From the NCBI GenBank assembly GCA_963822445.1, contig CAWGHO010000001.1, positions 1,056,001 through 1,120,000 of the forward strand: 64,000 nt of DNA. Direction: 5' to 3'. The notes beneath the pieces were generated by a model. The model saw only the letters and a program-made list of their open reading frames with translations. It was not told the DNA's origin and did not search any database. Shown here one piece after another: positions 1-9,716 of the stretch. Numbering within the stretch: the stretch's first letter is position 1; each line of letters begins with the position of its first letter. The DNA is from an uncultured Acidobacteriota bacterium. GTDB lineage: Bacteria; Acidobacteriota; Thermoanaerobaculia; Gp7-AA8. The translations under genes were made by a program, and so were the position numbers.

Positions 1-400
1 GCACATGCTCAACCGCATCACCGAAGAGGCGGCCAAGGCGAAAGGCGAGACGATCGAGGCATTTGCGCGCCGCGCCGGACGCGAGGCTGCCGGCGACGCG
101 GTGAAGGGCATCTACCGCTTCTTCGCGCTGGTCATGACGCCGCCGGCTCTGCTCAGCAAGGCCGGGCAGATGTGGAGCTCGCTCTACAACCGCGGCGAGC
201 TGCGCGTGGAAGAGCAGACCGACAAGAGCGCGCGCATCAGGCTCAACAACTTTCCGTCCGAGGTCGCCGGATGCTCGCGCGTGACGGGCTGGATCGAGCG
301 GATGGCCGAGCTCACCGGCGTGAAGAACGTGAAAATCGAACAGACGAAATGCTTCGCCAAAGGCGGTGCTGCGTGCGAGTGGAACGTTACCTGGAGCTGA
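1..400 (+). CDS. V4R-like / DUF2378 (TIGR02265-like) protein, probably 5'-truncated by the window edge
   Basis: ORF 5..400; C-terminal C-x6-C-x-W-x-V-x-W pattern (TKCFAKGGAACEWNVTW) typical of V4R-like folds. Confidence 0.55.
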   Translation, partial: HMLNRITEEAAKAKGETIEAFARRAGREAAGDAVKGIYRFFALVMTPPALLSKAGQMWSSLYNRGELRVEEQTDKSARIRLNNFPSEVAGCSRVTGWIERMAELTGVKNVKIEQTKCFAKGGAACEWNVTWS

Positions 401-419
401 CTTGAACAAAATCTTTCCG

Positions 420-836
420 ATGGAGTCCGACCATCCCCTGTTCCGCTACTTCACCGAAGCGGAGCGCGATCGCATCGAGGCGATCGGCCAGGTTCGCCGC
501 ATTCCGACCGATGCATATCTCATCCGCGCCGGCGAGCTCGATTCGTCGCTTTTCACGATCGAGGACGGCCATCTGGACATCGTCATCGTCCGCGACGGCG
601 AGCAGTCCGTCGTCGCCACCGTCGGCCCCGGCGACGTCCTCGGCGAAGTCTCCTTCATCGACGACTCCCCGCGCAGCGTGTCGGTGAAGGCCGGCGAGGA
701 AACGACGGTGCGCTCGTGGGACAAGCGGACGCTGTCCGAGGCGCTCGCGTTCGAGCCGCAACTGCTGGCGAAGTTCGCCGTGGCGATGAGCGAACTGCTG
801 GTGGAGCGCTTGCGCGACACAGCGCGGCGCGTTTAG
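420..836 (+). CDS. Stand-alone cyclic nucleotide-binding domain protein
   Basis: GPGDVLGEVSF...PRSVSVKA cNMP-binding signature; no HTH; ATG at 420. Confidence 0.85.
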   Translation: MESDHPLFRYFTEAERDRIEAIGQVRRIPTDAYLIRAGELDSSLFTIEDGHLDIVIVRDGEQSVVATVGPGDVLGEVSFIDDSPRSVSVKAGEETTVRSWDKRTLSEALAFEPQLLAKFAVAMSELLVERLRDTARRV

Positions 837-1411
837 GCGCTCTGCGGCGGAACGGCCGCGTCGATGCAGCGCTCGTCGCCGGTTACGACGATCTCGGCGT
901 TGAAGTGTCCCTGATCGACGTAGATCTGCGCTTCGAGCGTGGCCATGTTCGCGAAGGTGAGTTTCAACTCGTCTCCGCGTCCGTATTCGGTCCTGGTGAC
1001 GCGCGCGATCTCGTCATCAGCATCCACATCGATGCCGGACGCGAACGCGATGCGCTCGACGATGTCGTGAAGCATCTTCGCCGCCGTCTCCCGATCATCC
1101 TGCGGAACCGTCACATCAAGGCGGCAGGAACCGGGCTCGCGATAGATGACCGTGCAACTCGGCGGCATCTTCATCCGCACCAGCCCCGCTTTTCCGAGCA
1201 GACGAAGAAGCAGGTAGTACGGCAGGAAGACGATCGCCGTGATCAGGAAGAGGATGAAGATCAGCGGCAGGGTGACGACGCGCGTGAGCTTTCCACCCTT
1301 CACCAGCGCGCCGACCAGCGCCGCCATCGGCACCATCGTCGGCACGGCCAGCATTCCGCCGATGCAGCCGAGGCCACGCTCGGCGGGAAGGAGGCGGCGG
1401 TCATCGCTCAT
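833..1411 (-). CDS. Hypothetical membrane protein
   Basis: 192-aa ORF with N-terminal hydrophobic segments; begins MSDDR inside the 33-bp repeat. Confidence 0.6.
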   Translation of the reverse strand: MSDDRRLLPAERGLGCIGGMLAVPTMVPMAALVGALVKGGKLTRVVTLPLIFILFLITAIVFLPYYLLLRLLGKAGLVRMKMPPSCTVIYREPGSCRLDVTVPQDDRETAAKMLHDIVERIAFASGIDVDADDEIARVTRTEYGRGDELKLTFANMATLEAQIYVDQGHFNAEIVVTGDERCIDAAVPPQSA

Positions 1412-1429
1412 GAAGAGCGATTTTCACAC
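1397..1429. repeat. 33-bp direct repeat copy 1 (GCGGTCATCGCTCATGAAGAGCGATTTTCACAC) with internal dyad ATCGCTC-N5-GAGCGAT
   Basis: Identical to 3396-3428 by direct comparison. Confidence 0.95.
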
Positions 1430-1430
1430 C

Positions 1431-2315
1431 TCACAGGTTGCACGGCGATTCCAACGCCGGTACGGGTTGCATCACGGTGTCGCGGAACGTCACCGCCGCT
1501 TTGCGGAACCCGGAGACCATCGCCTGCACCTCGGAAGGCGCGAGTACAGCTTTGGCGGCGTGAAAAACCCAGTCGACCTCCTGGCGGTACCGGCGCGGTT
1601 CGCGGACCGGCGCCAGGCCGTGCCGCGTGAACCAGAGATTGAAGTTGATGGACATCAACGACTCCGGATAGAACTCCCCCGAATGCGTGGCGAACGGAGT
1701 CCCGTCCACGAAATAACGCACTTCCCCATTTGCCACCTGAACGACGAGCGTCCGCCAGCCGGCGTAACTGGCGATCTTCGACTCATGGACGTTGTTCGCC
1801 TTCCAGTCCGGTTCGGGCTGAAACGTTTCCCAGGTGGTCGCGAACAGGATCGGTCCGTCTCTGCCCCATCCGCCGTTCGGGAGGTACTCGAAATCCATCT
1901 CGCTGTATTCGAGCGCCATCGGCTCGCGCAATGGGCTGATCGTGTAGAACGTCTCGACGACTTGATCCGCATCGGGCCCGGAAAGAGCACCATCGGAAAA
2001 CCGTACGCGAGCCGCATACGTCCCGTCGCCATACTTGCGTTGATGACAGATCTGAACCTGCCGCGTGTTCGAGGGCGTTCCATCCGTCGAGGCAGTCAAT
2101 TGAAGGATTCCCTCGCGTAAGAACGACACGCCTGCCGGATCCCAAGTGGCACCGGGAACACCCGGCCAACCCGCTACGGAGCGAACGATCCACCCTCGTT
2201 TCGCGAGTTGCTCGCGCCGCGAATAGGTGAAGTCATCGAAGAAGATCTGACCGCCGGCCGCCGGCACGCTGAGGAGGACGGATAGCGCGACGGCCATTCG
2301 CATCACCATGTTCAC
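1431..2315 (-). CDS. Secreted glycoside hydrolase family 16-like protein
   Basis: Signal peptide; FFDDF start of mature domain; SEMDFEY matches the ExDxE catalytic motif; YFVDG. Confidence 0.75.
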   Translation of the reverse strand: MNMVMRMAVALSVLLSVPAAGGQIFFDDFTYSRREQLAKRGWIVRSVAGWPGVPGATWDPAGVSFLREGILQLTASTDGTPSNTRQVQICHQRKYGDGTYAARVRFSDGALSGPDADQVVETFYTISPLREPMALEYSEMDFEYLPNGGWGRDGPILFATTWETFQPEPDWKANNVHESKIASYAGWRTLVVQVANGEVRYFVDGTPFATHSGEFYPESLMSINFNLWFTRHGLAPVREPRRYRQEVDWVFHAAKAVLAPSEVQAMVSGFRKAAVTFRDTVMQPVPALESPCNL

Positions 2316-2363
2316 AGCTGCCAGCGCATGCTGCTTCGGTGCCTTGGCTGAAGAGACCGATGT

Positions 2364-3410
2364 TTACCACCCATGTCCAAGACCGATCACGGCAAGGGCC
2401 GCTGACACGATCGCGATGGCCACCCACGCGATCGTACTTTGTGGCAAGAGACGCCGGTACGCCCACATGATCGGCGGCAGCGAAGGAACGAGCAGGCGGT
2501 GAAACTCGTGGAATCCCCACACGCCGCCCACGCACAACACGATCAATAGATTGGAGGCGTGCCACACGACGAGCGGCAGAGAGCGTTCCGTCTTGCGCAG
2601 GAGCAGAACCAGCGCGCCGAATGCGGCGGCCACGTGCAGCCAGACATAGGCGATTTTCCATGTCGCCACGCCCGCGCCGAAGGAAAGTCGAAGGAGTGAC
2701 GCGAACGGCCAATCGAACATACGCGCGCCTCCATACGCGCGCGGTTCGGTGGCATACACGCGCACGCCAGAGGCAATCGAGCCTGACCAGAGCGCAAACG
2801 CCGCGACACACACCGCGATTACGAGCGTCGCCACCACGGAAGCCATCACGATGCGGCGCGGGCGCTGTCGATGCTCGGCCAGGTACGCAAGTCCAATCGG
2901 CAATGCGAACGGGCGAACCATGGCGGCGAACCCCAGGAATGCCCCCGCTGGGAGGGGCCTGTCTCGGCGGCCGGCATGCAGTGCACCAAGCGCAAGGAGA
3001 AGCATCAGCGGCTCCGTCATGATGACGGTCGAGTACATGACGTAGCTCGGCGTCAGAACGGCCATCGCCCATCCGACCCTCGCGTCCTCGAACAGGCGAT
3101 AGCTCAGAACGGCCACGCCCGCCGCGATGGCCCAGTTGACGATCATCGCCACCAGGGGAATCGCGTAGAGGCCGGTGGCGCTGAGGACGGCGGGATATCC
3201 AGGGAAAACCCTGCGGTCATATGACGCCAGCGACGCGAATCCATCAGCATCTCGCAGCGCCGCGGCGAACCGCAGATAAGAACCGCCGTCCCGCGCTTCA
3301 GCCAGTCTGTCGATCGACAGATCGCCCCACGCCATCGCTCCGAGGAGCACAGCGGCCCGGATGATTACGGATGCGGCGGCGACTTGCTTCGTGCTGCGGT
3401 CATCGCTCAT
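2364..3410 (-). CDS. Polytopic membrane glycosyltransferase (GT-C/PMT-like)
   Basis: DGGSY, FPGYP, MTEPL and VRP motifs; many TM segments. Confidence 0.65.
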   Translation of the reverse strand: MSDDRSTKQVAAASVIIRAAVLLGAMAWGDLSIDRLAEARDGGSYLRFAAALRDADGFASLASYDRRVFPGYPAVLSATGLYAIPLVAMIVNWAIAAGVAVLSYRLFEDARVGWAMAVLTPSYVMYSTVIMTEPLMLLLALGALHAGRRDRPLPAGAFLGFAAMVRPFALPIGLAYLAEHRQRPRRIVMASVVATLVIAVCVAAFALWSGSIASGVRVYATEPRAYGGARMFDWPFASLLRLSFGAGVATWKIAYVWLHVAAAFGALVLLLRKTERSLPLVVWHASNLLIVLCVGGVWGFHEFHRLLVPSLPPIMWAYRRLLPQSTIAWVAIAIVSAALAVIGLGHGW

Positions 3411-3428
3411 GAAGAGCGATTTTCACAC
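3396..3428. repeat. 33-bp direct repeat copy 2
   Basis: Identical to 1397-1429; covers the permease stop codon and the start of the 2364-3410 gene. Confidence 0.95.
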
Positions 3429-4649
3429 GCGCAGCGCGTCCACCGGCTGCAACCGCGACGCGGTCAGCGACGGATACAACCCCGCGAACAAGCCCACCGC
3501 GATGGCGAAACCGCTCGCGACGGCCAGACCGAACATCGATACCGGCAAACCCGCCGGGAAGAATCCGCCGACGACTTTCACCAGGCCGATGCCGCCGGCC
3601 AGGCCGATCGCTGCGCCGACTACGGACAGCGTCACCGACTCGATCAGGAACTGAATGAAGATGTCCCCATCGGTCGCGCCCATCGCTTTGCGCAGGCCGA
3701 TCTCGAAGAGGCGCTCGGAGATCGAAATCTTCAGCACCGAGAAGATGCCCACGCCGCCGATCAGCAGCGAGACCCCGGCGATGCAGAAGAAGACGATCCG
3801 CCAGTTACCGAGGAGCACCGCGATCTCGCCGCGCTCCTTCTGAATCTCCTTGCCGACGTTGTTGATGCGCGTGTCGCCGATGCCGTTGTGGGCCTGCCGG
3901 AAGCGGGCGATGGCCTCGTACTCGGCCTCCACACTCTTCTCCGTCGAGACCGACTTGGCCAGCATGTAGGCGATGGAGTTGTCACGGCCGAACATGTCCC
4001 GGAACACGGTCCAGGGCACGTACGCGCCGCCCATCTCCTTGAACATGTCGTCGTCGTCGACGAAGGTCGTGTCGAACTTCTCTCCGACGCCGATGACCGT
4101 GAGACGGCGGCCGCCGAGGTTGATCTGTTTGCCGATCGCGTCCTCGCTGCCGAACGCGCGCTTGTTGAGATTGAAGCCGATGACGGCGACCGGTGCGCTC
4201 GTCTCGACGTCGCGCTCGCTGATGAAACGGCCCTTGGAGACCTTGCGATTGCGGATGTCCGCGTATTCGGGCATCACTCCGTAGACGTCGATCCGGCGCG
4301 TCACGCGATCGGTAGTGACGATGGCCTGGGTCTCGCCGACCGGCGACATGGTCTCGATGTTCTCGGAGTCGTCGAAAGCCTGCGCGTCCTCGATGCGCAT
4401 GCCCCGCGAGAGATGCGCCTTCGCCTTTTCCACGCGATCGGTGGGCGTTCTCCGCGATGCGAAGAGGGTGTTGTCCAGGCCGAGGTCGTTGATGCCTTTG
4501 AGCACGGACATCTGCACGCCGTCGAGAACGGACATGACCACGACCAGCGCGAGCGTGCCCAGGACCACCCCGAAAAGGGTGAACATCGAGCGCATGGGAT
4601 GGGCGCGGACTTCTTCGTAGGACGTGCGGATGGATTCGCCGATTTGCAT
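3423..4649 (-). CDS. MacB/FtsX-family ABC transporter permease
   Basis: ERLFEIGLRKAMGA, QFLIES and ASRLQPVDALR motifs. Confidence 0.92.
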   Translation of the reverse strand: MQIGESIRTSYEEVRAHPMRSMFTLFGVVLGTLALVVVMSVLDGVQMSVLKGINDLGLDNTLFASRRTPTDRVEKAKAHLSRGMRIEDAQAFDDSENIETMSPVGETQAIVTTDRVTRRIDVYGVMPEYADIRNRKVSKGRFISERDVETSAPVAVIGFNLNKRAFGSEDAIGKQINLGGRRLTVIGVGEKFDTTFVDDDDMFKEMGGAYVPWTVFRDMFGRDNSIAYMLAKSVSTEKSVEAEYEAIARFRQAHNGIGDTRINNVGKEIQKERGEIAVLLGNWRIVFFCIAGVSLLIGGVGIFSVLKISISERLFEIGLRKAMGATDGDIFIQFLIESVTLSVVGAAIGLAGGIGLVKVVGGFFPAGLPVSMFGLAVASGFAIAVGLFAGLYPSLTASRLQPVDALRV

Positions 4650-4651
4650 GG

Positions 4652-5881
4652 CTACTCGACTCTCAGTGCTTCGATGGGATTGAGGCGCGATGCGCGGATG
4701 GCCGGGTAGATGCCGAAGATCAGTCCCGTTCCGGCTGCGAAAACCAGGGCGTTGATGACGGTCCCCGGTGTGATTACAGTCGGCATGTCCAGCAGAACTC
4801 CGATGCCCTGCGTGAACAGCTTCCCGGCGAAGATCCCCAGAAACCCGCCAAAAACCGACACCAGAACAGCCTCGGTCAGCATCTGGAAGAAGATCTGCGC
4901 CGGCGTCGCACCGACGGCTTTGCGCGTGCCGATCTCGCGAACGCGTTCATTGAAGGAAGCGAGCTGGATGTTCATGATCACGATGCCGCCGACGAGCAGC
5001 GAGATCACGCCGCAGATCATGAAGGTCATGTCGTACATCGCGTTCTCGGACTCGTTGCGGGCCAGGTTGGCGACGCGCGAGAAGACCTGGAAGTCCTTCA
5101 CGCCATGCCGGCGGAAGAGGATGCGCTCCAGCTCGCCGACCGCTTCCTTGTGACGCTTCACGTCCTTCATGCGGGTGTGCATGAAGCTGATGCGTCCCTG
5201 CTCGAGCGGCTCGCCCTTGCGGGTCATCATGGTGGTGATGGGCATGTACATCTGCCGGTTCATCCAGCGCAGGACGTTCCGCTTCTTGTCGAAGCTGAAG
5301 TACTTCTCTTCCATCACGCCGACCACGAGGTAGCCCGAGCCGTTGATGGTCATGGTCTTGCCGACGGGGTTGTCGCTGCCGAAGAACTCCGCCGCGCGGC
5401 TGGTGCCGAGGACGACCACACGGGCCGCGGTCTGCAGGTCGGTGTCTGTGATGAAGCGGCCGCGCTCGACTTTGAAGAAGGTGATCGGCATGTACGCGGG
5501 GGTGACGCCCATGACGTCGCGGTCTTTGACGATCGAGCCGTAGCGGACGTTCATCTGATCCTGTGAAACGGGCGAGACCAGATCGACTTCCTTCGCTTCG
5601 GCGCGGATGGCCAGGGCGTCGGAGTACGTGAGGCCCTTCGACGCGAGGGCCTTGGCGTCGAGGGTCACGTTGCCGGTGTCTTTGTTGCCGATCCAGATGC
5701 GCTCGATGCCGCCGCTGACCTTGTAGAACTTCATCGACGCTTCCTTGCCGGCGACGGAAAGGGAGAACGTCGCGACGATGGATCCCGCGCCGAGGATGAT
5801 GCCGAACAGCTGCAGCAGCGTGCGGCCGAGGTGGTCCTTGATGTCGCGGATGCCGTCGATGATGGCTTCGAAGATCAGCAT
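4652..5881 (-). CDS. MacB/FtsX-family ABC transporter permease
   Basis: ERVREIGTRKAVGA, ASRLNPIEALR; start set at MLIFE because the upstream ORF extension is repeat-derived. Confidence 0.92.
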   Translation of the reverse strand: MLIFEAIIDGIRDIKDHLGRTLLQLFGIILGAGSIVATFSLSVAGKEASMKFYKVSGGIERIWIGNKDTGNVTLDAKALASKGLTYSDALAIRAEAKEVDLVSPVSQDQMNVRYGSIVKDRDVMGVTPAYMPITFFKVERGRFITDTDLQTAARVVVLGTSRAAEFFGSDNPVGKTMTINGSGYLVVGVMEEKYFSFDKKRNVLRWMNRQMYMPITTMMTRKGEPLEQGRISFMHTRMKDVKRHKEAVGELERILFRRHGVKDFQVFSRVANLARNESENAMYDMTFMICGVISLLVGGIVIMNIQLASFNERVREIGTRKAVGATPAQIFFQMLTEAVLVSVFGGFLGIFAGKLFTQGIGVLLDMPTVITPGTVINALVFAAGTGLIFGIYPAIRASRLNPIEALRVE

Positions 5882-5902
5882 GTGAGGGCTCGCTTCGCTC
5901 GC

Positions 5903-6010
5903 GGGTTCCTGGGTTGCTGGGTTGCTGGGTTGCTGGGGGCTCCGCTGGCTGCGCGATCGTGCGTCTCGGCGGAGCACTCAGCAACCCAGCAACCGAGCAA
6001 CTCAGCAACC
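5903..6010. repeat. Inverted octamer tandem-repeat element (GGGTTGCT)n ... (AGCAACCC)n
   Basis: About four octamer units per arm, arms complementary; intergenic. Confidence 0.9.
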
Positions 6011-6013
6011 GTT

Positions 6014-6769
<756 letters not shown>

Positions 6770-6789
6770 TTTTGGCTCGCTTCGCTCGC

Positions 6790-6873
6790 GGTTACGGGGT
6801 TACTGGGTTGCGGGGTTACGGGGTGGTTGAATCGGGGCTACCTCGTAACCCCGTAACCTCGTAACCCCGAAAC
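6790..6873. repeat. Inverted octamer tandem-repeat element (GGTTACGG)n ... (CCGTAACC)n
   Basis: Four units per arm, complementary; intergenic. Confidence 0.9.
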
Positions 6874-6880
6874 TCCACTA

Positions 6881-8110
6881 TCAGTCGTCGTCGTCCTCGT
6901 CGTCCTTCGTCACGGTCGGGTCTTCCAGCGCGACGAGCTCGCCGGCTTTCAGGCCGGACAGCACTTCGACCTTGGCGTTGTCGGCGAGGCCGGTGGTGAT
7001 CACGCGTTTGTCGAAGAACTTCTTCCAGGCGTCTTTCTCGGCCTGGCGGGCCGCTTCGCCTTCGAGCTTCTTCTCTTCCTTCTTCTCTGTGACGGCCTTC
7101 GGGTCGACGACCTTCTTCACGTAGACCACTTCCTGGTCGTCGCGCTTGAAGACCGACTCGACCGGGACGGTGAGGACTTTCGCCTTTTTCTCGCCGACCA
7201 CTTCGATGTTCGCGGTCATGCCGGAGCGGAGCTCGCGGCCTTGGGCGTCGAGGCGGACTTCCACGTCGAAGACGCGGACCTTTTCATCCACGCGGACCGC
7301 CGGAGCGATGCGGTCGATCTTTCCCTGGAAGGAGACTTTTGGATAGGCGTCGAGGGTGACCTTGACCGGCATGCCGGTCTTGATCTTGCCGATGTCGACC
7401 TCGTTCACACCGGCCTTGACGATCATCCGGGAGACGTCGGCGACGCTGAAGAGGACCGTGCCGGCGTTGAAGGAGGAGACGCCGGAGGTGATCGACTCAC
7501 CGATCTCCACGTTCTTGGTCAGGACCACGCCGTCCATCGGGGCGACGACGTTGGAGCCGGTGAAGTTCGCCGCGGACTGGCCGATGGGGATGCCGCTCTT
7601 CTCGACGATTGAGTACTTCTCGCGGGCCTTCGCGTACTCCTGCTTGGCCTCGAGGAATTCGGTCTCGGCGTTGCGGTGGGAGGTCTGCGCGAGCAGCCCT
7701 TGGGTGAAGAGCTTGTGGTTCTCTTCGTAATTCTTCCGCGCGTCTTCGTAGCGGATCTGCGCGGAGGCGAGGTAGTTCTTGGTGTCGGCCAGCGACTGGG
7801 CCTGGGTCAGGTCGGGCTCGACGCGCGCCAGGACCGTGCCCCGGCGGACGACGTCGCCGTCGCGGTGGAGGATCTCCACGACTTTGCCGGAGATGGCCGA
7901 TTTGACGTCGACCTTCACTTCCGGCTCGACGGTCCCCACCTCGGTGACCTTGACCTGGACGTCAGCCACCTCGGCCTTGCCGGTCTTGATCGGGGAGTCG
8001 GGGGCCTTCTTGTCCTTGCCGTTCGCCTTCACCGCCAGCGCGCCGGCGATGATCAGGACCAGGACAATGACCGAGACGATGGTGATTTTCTTCCGCTTCT
8101 TCGCGCTCAT
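6881..8110 (-). CDS. MacA-like periplasmic adaptor (membrane fusion protein)
   Basis: N-terminal TM; biotinyl-lipoyl-like segments; VNEVDIGKIKTG, GMTANIEV; GGAGG RBS before ATG 8110. Confidence 0.92.
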   Translation of the reverse strand: MSAKKRKKITIVSVIVLVLIIAGALAVKANGKDKKAPDSPIKTGKAEVADVQVKVTEVGTVEPEVKVDVKSAISGKVVEILHRDGDVVRRGTVLARVEPDLTQAQSLADTKNYLASAQIRYEDARKNYEENHKLFTQGLLAQTSHRNAETEFLEAKQEYAKAREKYSIVEKSGIPIGQSAANFTGSNVVAPMDGVVLTKNVEIGESITSGVSSFNAGTVLFSVADVSRMIVKAGVNEVDIGKIKTGMPVKVTLDAYPKVSFQGKIDRIAPAVRVDEKVRVFDVEVRLDAQGRELRSGMTANIEVVGEKKAKVLTVPVESVFKRDDQEVVYVKKVVDPKAVTEKKEEKKLEGEAARQAEKDAWKKFFDKRVITTGLADNAKVEVLSGLKAGELVALEDPTVTKDDEDDDD

Positions 8111-8140
8111 CCATTCCTCCAGAGCTGTATGAAGGCTGTA

Positions 8141-8198
8141 TTCGTTCGACGAACGAAATAGTTGCAGGTAACTACGCGCGGCGAGGCCCGGAGTTAAC
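8141..8198 (-). promoter_or_regulatory. Putative ECF-type promoter (AAC-N16-CGT, 8195-8174) and 17-bp palindrome TTCGTTCG-A-CGAACGAA (8141-8157)
   Basis: Both motifs read directly upstream of the exporter operon. Confidence 0.45.
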
Positions 8199-8201
8199 AA
8201 A

Positions 8202-8727
8202 TCACTCGGAACGGACGTACTCGAAGCGGGCGTTTTTCTGCGCGAAAACAGCCTTCTGCCCCTGTCGCGCCAGCCACCTGGTCGGCGCGTCGCTGGAACT
8301 GGCCATGACCTCGCCCCGAAACGTGAGCAGGTAACGGCCATCCTCGATGAAGACTTCTGCGACGGGCACCGCGGATTCCTGGAACTCGACGGTCGCCGGA
8401 CGCACGACGTCGATCGTTCCGAAGTCCAGAACCGGCCCCGGCGCGAGCTCGAGTGCAACGATCCCCCAGCTGTCCTCCGATCCGTAATCGGCGAGCATCA
8501 GCAGCCAGCCGTCACCGGCGAAGAAAGCCGGATCGAGAAAGTCGGCGTCGAGCATTACCGGGGATCGCCCAGACGCTGAAAACATCGGCGTCCACCCCGT
8601 CCGGAAGGATTGCTTGATCGTCTCCCCGACAGCGATTTCAGGCGACGCGCCGGAGTGGGATTCGCCCCGCAACACTGGCGCACGCCGTCGCGAGCGCCAG
8701 TGCGAGGAGATAGCGGCCGCGTTTCAC
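8202..8727 (-). CDS. Hypothetical lipoprotein, frameshift near 8670
   Basis: GTG at 8727 overlaps the peroxiredoxin stop and gives MKRGRYLLALALATAC (lipobox-like); continues in the 8202-8675 frame. Confidence 0.5.
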
Positions 8728-9161
8728 AGATTCCGCAGCTGCCAGCCGGGATAGGTCGCCGGTTCCACCTTCGGATGGGCCTGGGCGATCTTTCCTTCTT
8801 CGTCGATCACGTACGCGATCCGCCGGGCGTACTCGTCTTTCGGTGAATCGCACGCGCCGTAGGCCAGGCCGATCTTCCGCTCGGTGTCACAGAGCAGCGG
8901 GAACGGGAAGTCGAACTTTTCGGCGAAGGCCTTGTTCTCTTTCGGCGTGTCGAAACTCGCGCCGAGGATCATGGCGTTCTTCGCTTCGTACTCCGGCATG
9001 AGGTCCCGGAACCCGGAACCTTCTTTCGTTCAACCGGGTGTGTCGGCCTTCGGATAAAACCAGAGGACGACTTTCTTTCCGCGCAGATCGGAAAGACGGA
9101 AGCGGTTGCCGTTGTGATCGACCACGTCGAAATCAGGAGCTTCCTCGCCAGGCTGAAGCAT
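8724..9161 (-). CDS. bcp: BCP/PrxQ peroxiredoxin with in-frame UGA (selenocysteine) at the peroxidatic site
   Basis: WFYPKADTPG-TGA(9030-9032)-TKEGSGFRD aligns with the BCP motif FYPKxxTPGCTxE; same frame on both sides; GGAGG RBS. Confidence 0.9.
9002..9020 (-). promoter_or_regulatory. Putative bacterial SECIS hairpin GGUUCCGG-GUU-CCGGGACC
   Basis: 8-bp stem (one G-U pair) with a G-containing apical loop, starting 10 nt after the UGA. Confidence 0.65.
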
Positions 9162-9202
9162 CTTCGCCCCTCCTCGGAAGATCATTTGCAGGATGCCGCG
9201 CA

Positions 9203-9709
9203 ATGACACGCTCGCCATTAGACGACTGGAACCTCCGCTACCGCAACCACGAAGCCTTTGATGACGCGCCGGCGCGGCTGCTGGTGGAGGCGACGAGCTC
9301 GCTCGAGCCCGGTAGCGCGCTCGATCTCGCCTGCGGCGCGGGCAGGAACGCGGTCTGGCTCGCGGAGCGGGGCTGGGAGGTGGTGGCGCTGGACGGTGCG
9401 GAAGAAGCGATCCGCCTCGTGCCGAAGGGGATCGACGCCCGAGTCTTCGATCTCGAAACCGGCGCGCCGCTGCCGTTCGCGGACGAGTCGTTCGACCTGG
9501 TGGCCATCCTCTTCTATCTGCATCGACCGCTGTTCGCCGAGGCGAAGCGGGTGTTGCGGAGGGGCGGGATGATCGTGGCCGCGGCACGGACGAGCGGGCG
9601 GTTCGGCGTCGCCCCCGGAGAGCTGCGGACGTTCTTCGAGGAGGATTGCGAGGTGCTGCTCGACCGCGAGGATGGCGTGGCGGAAATCGTCGCGCGACGC
9701 CGCGTATGA
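9203..9709 (+). CDS. Class I SAM-dependent methyltransferase (TehB-like)
   Basis: ALDLACGAGRNAVWLA motif I; FDLV; WNLRY N-terminus. Confidence 0.85.
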   Translation: MTRSPLDDWNLRYRNHEAFDDAPARLLVEATSSLEPGSALDLACGAGRNAVWLAERGWEVVALDGAEEAIRLVPKGIDARVFDLETGAPLPFADESFDLVAILFYLHRPLFAEAKRVLRRGGMIVAAARTSGRFGVAPGELRTFFEEDCEVLLDREDGVAEIVARRRV

Positions 9710-9716
9710 TTGCCGC

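Noticed and set aside
1397-3428. Integron attC cassette array
   Set aside because: No RYYYAAC...GTTRRRY boxes, no attC-length hairpins and no intI. Kept only as a direct-repeat cassette.
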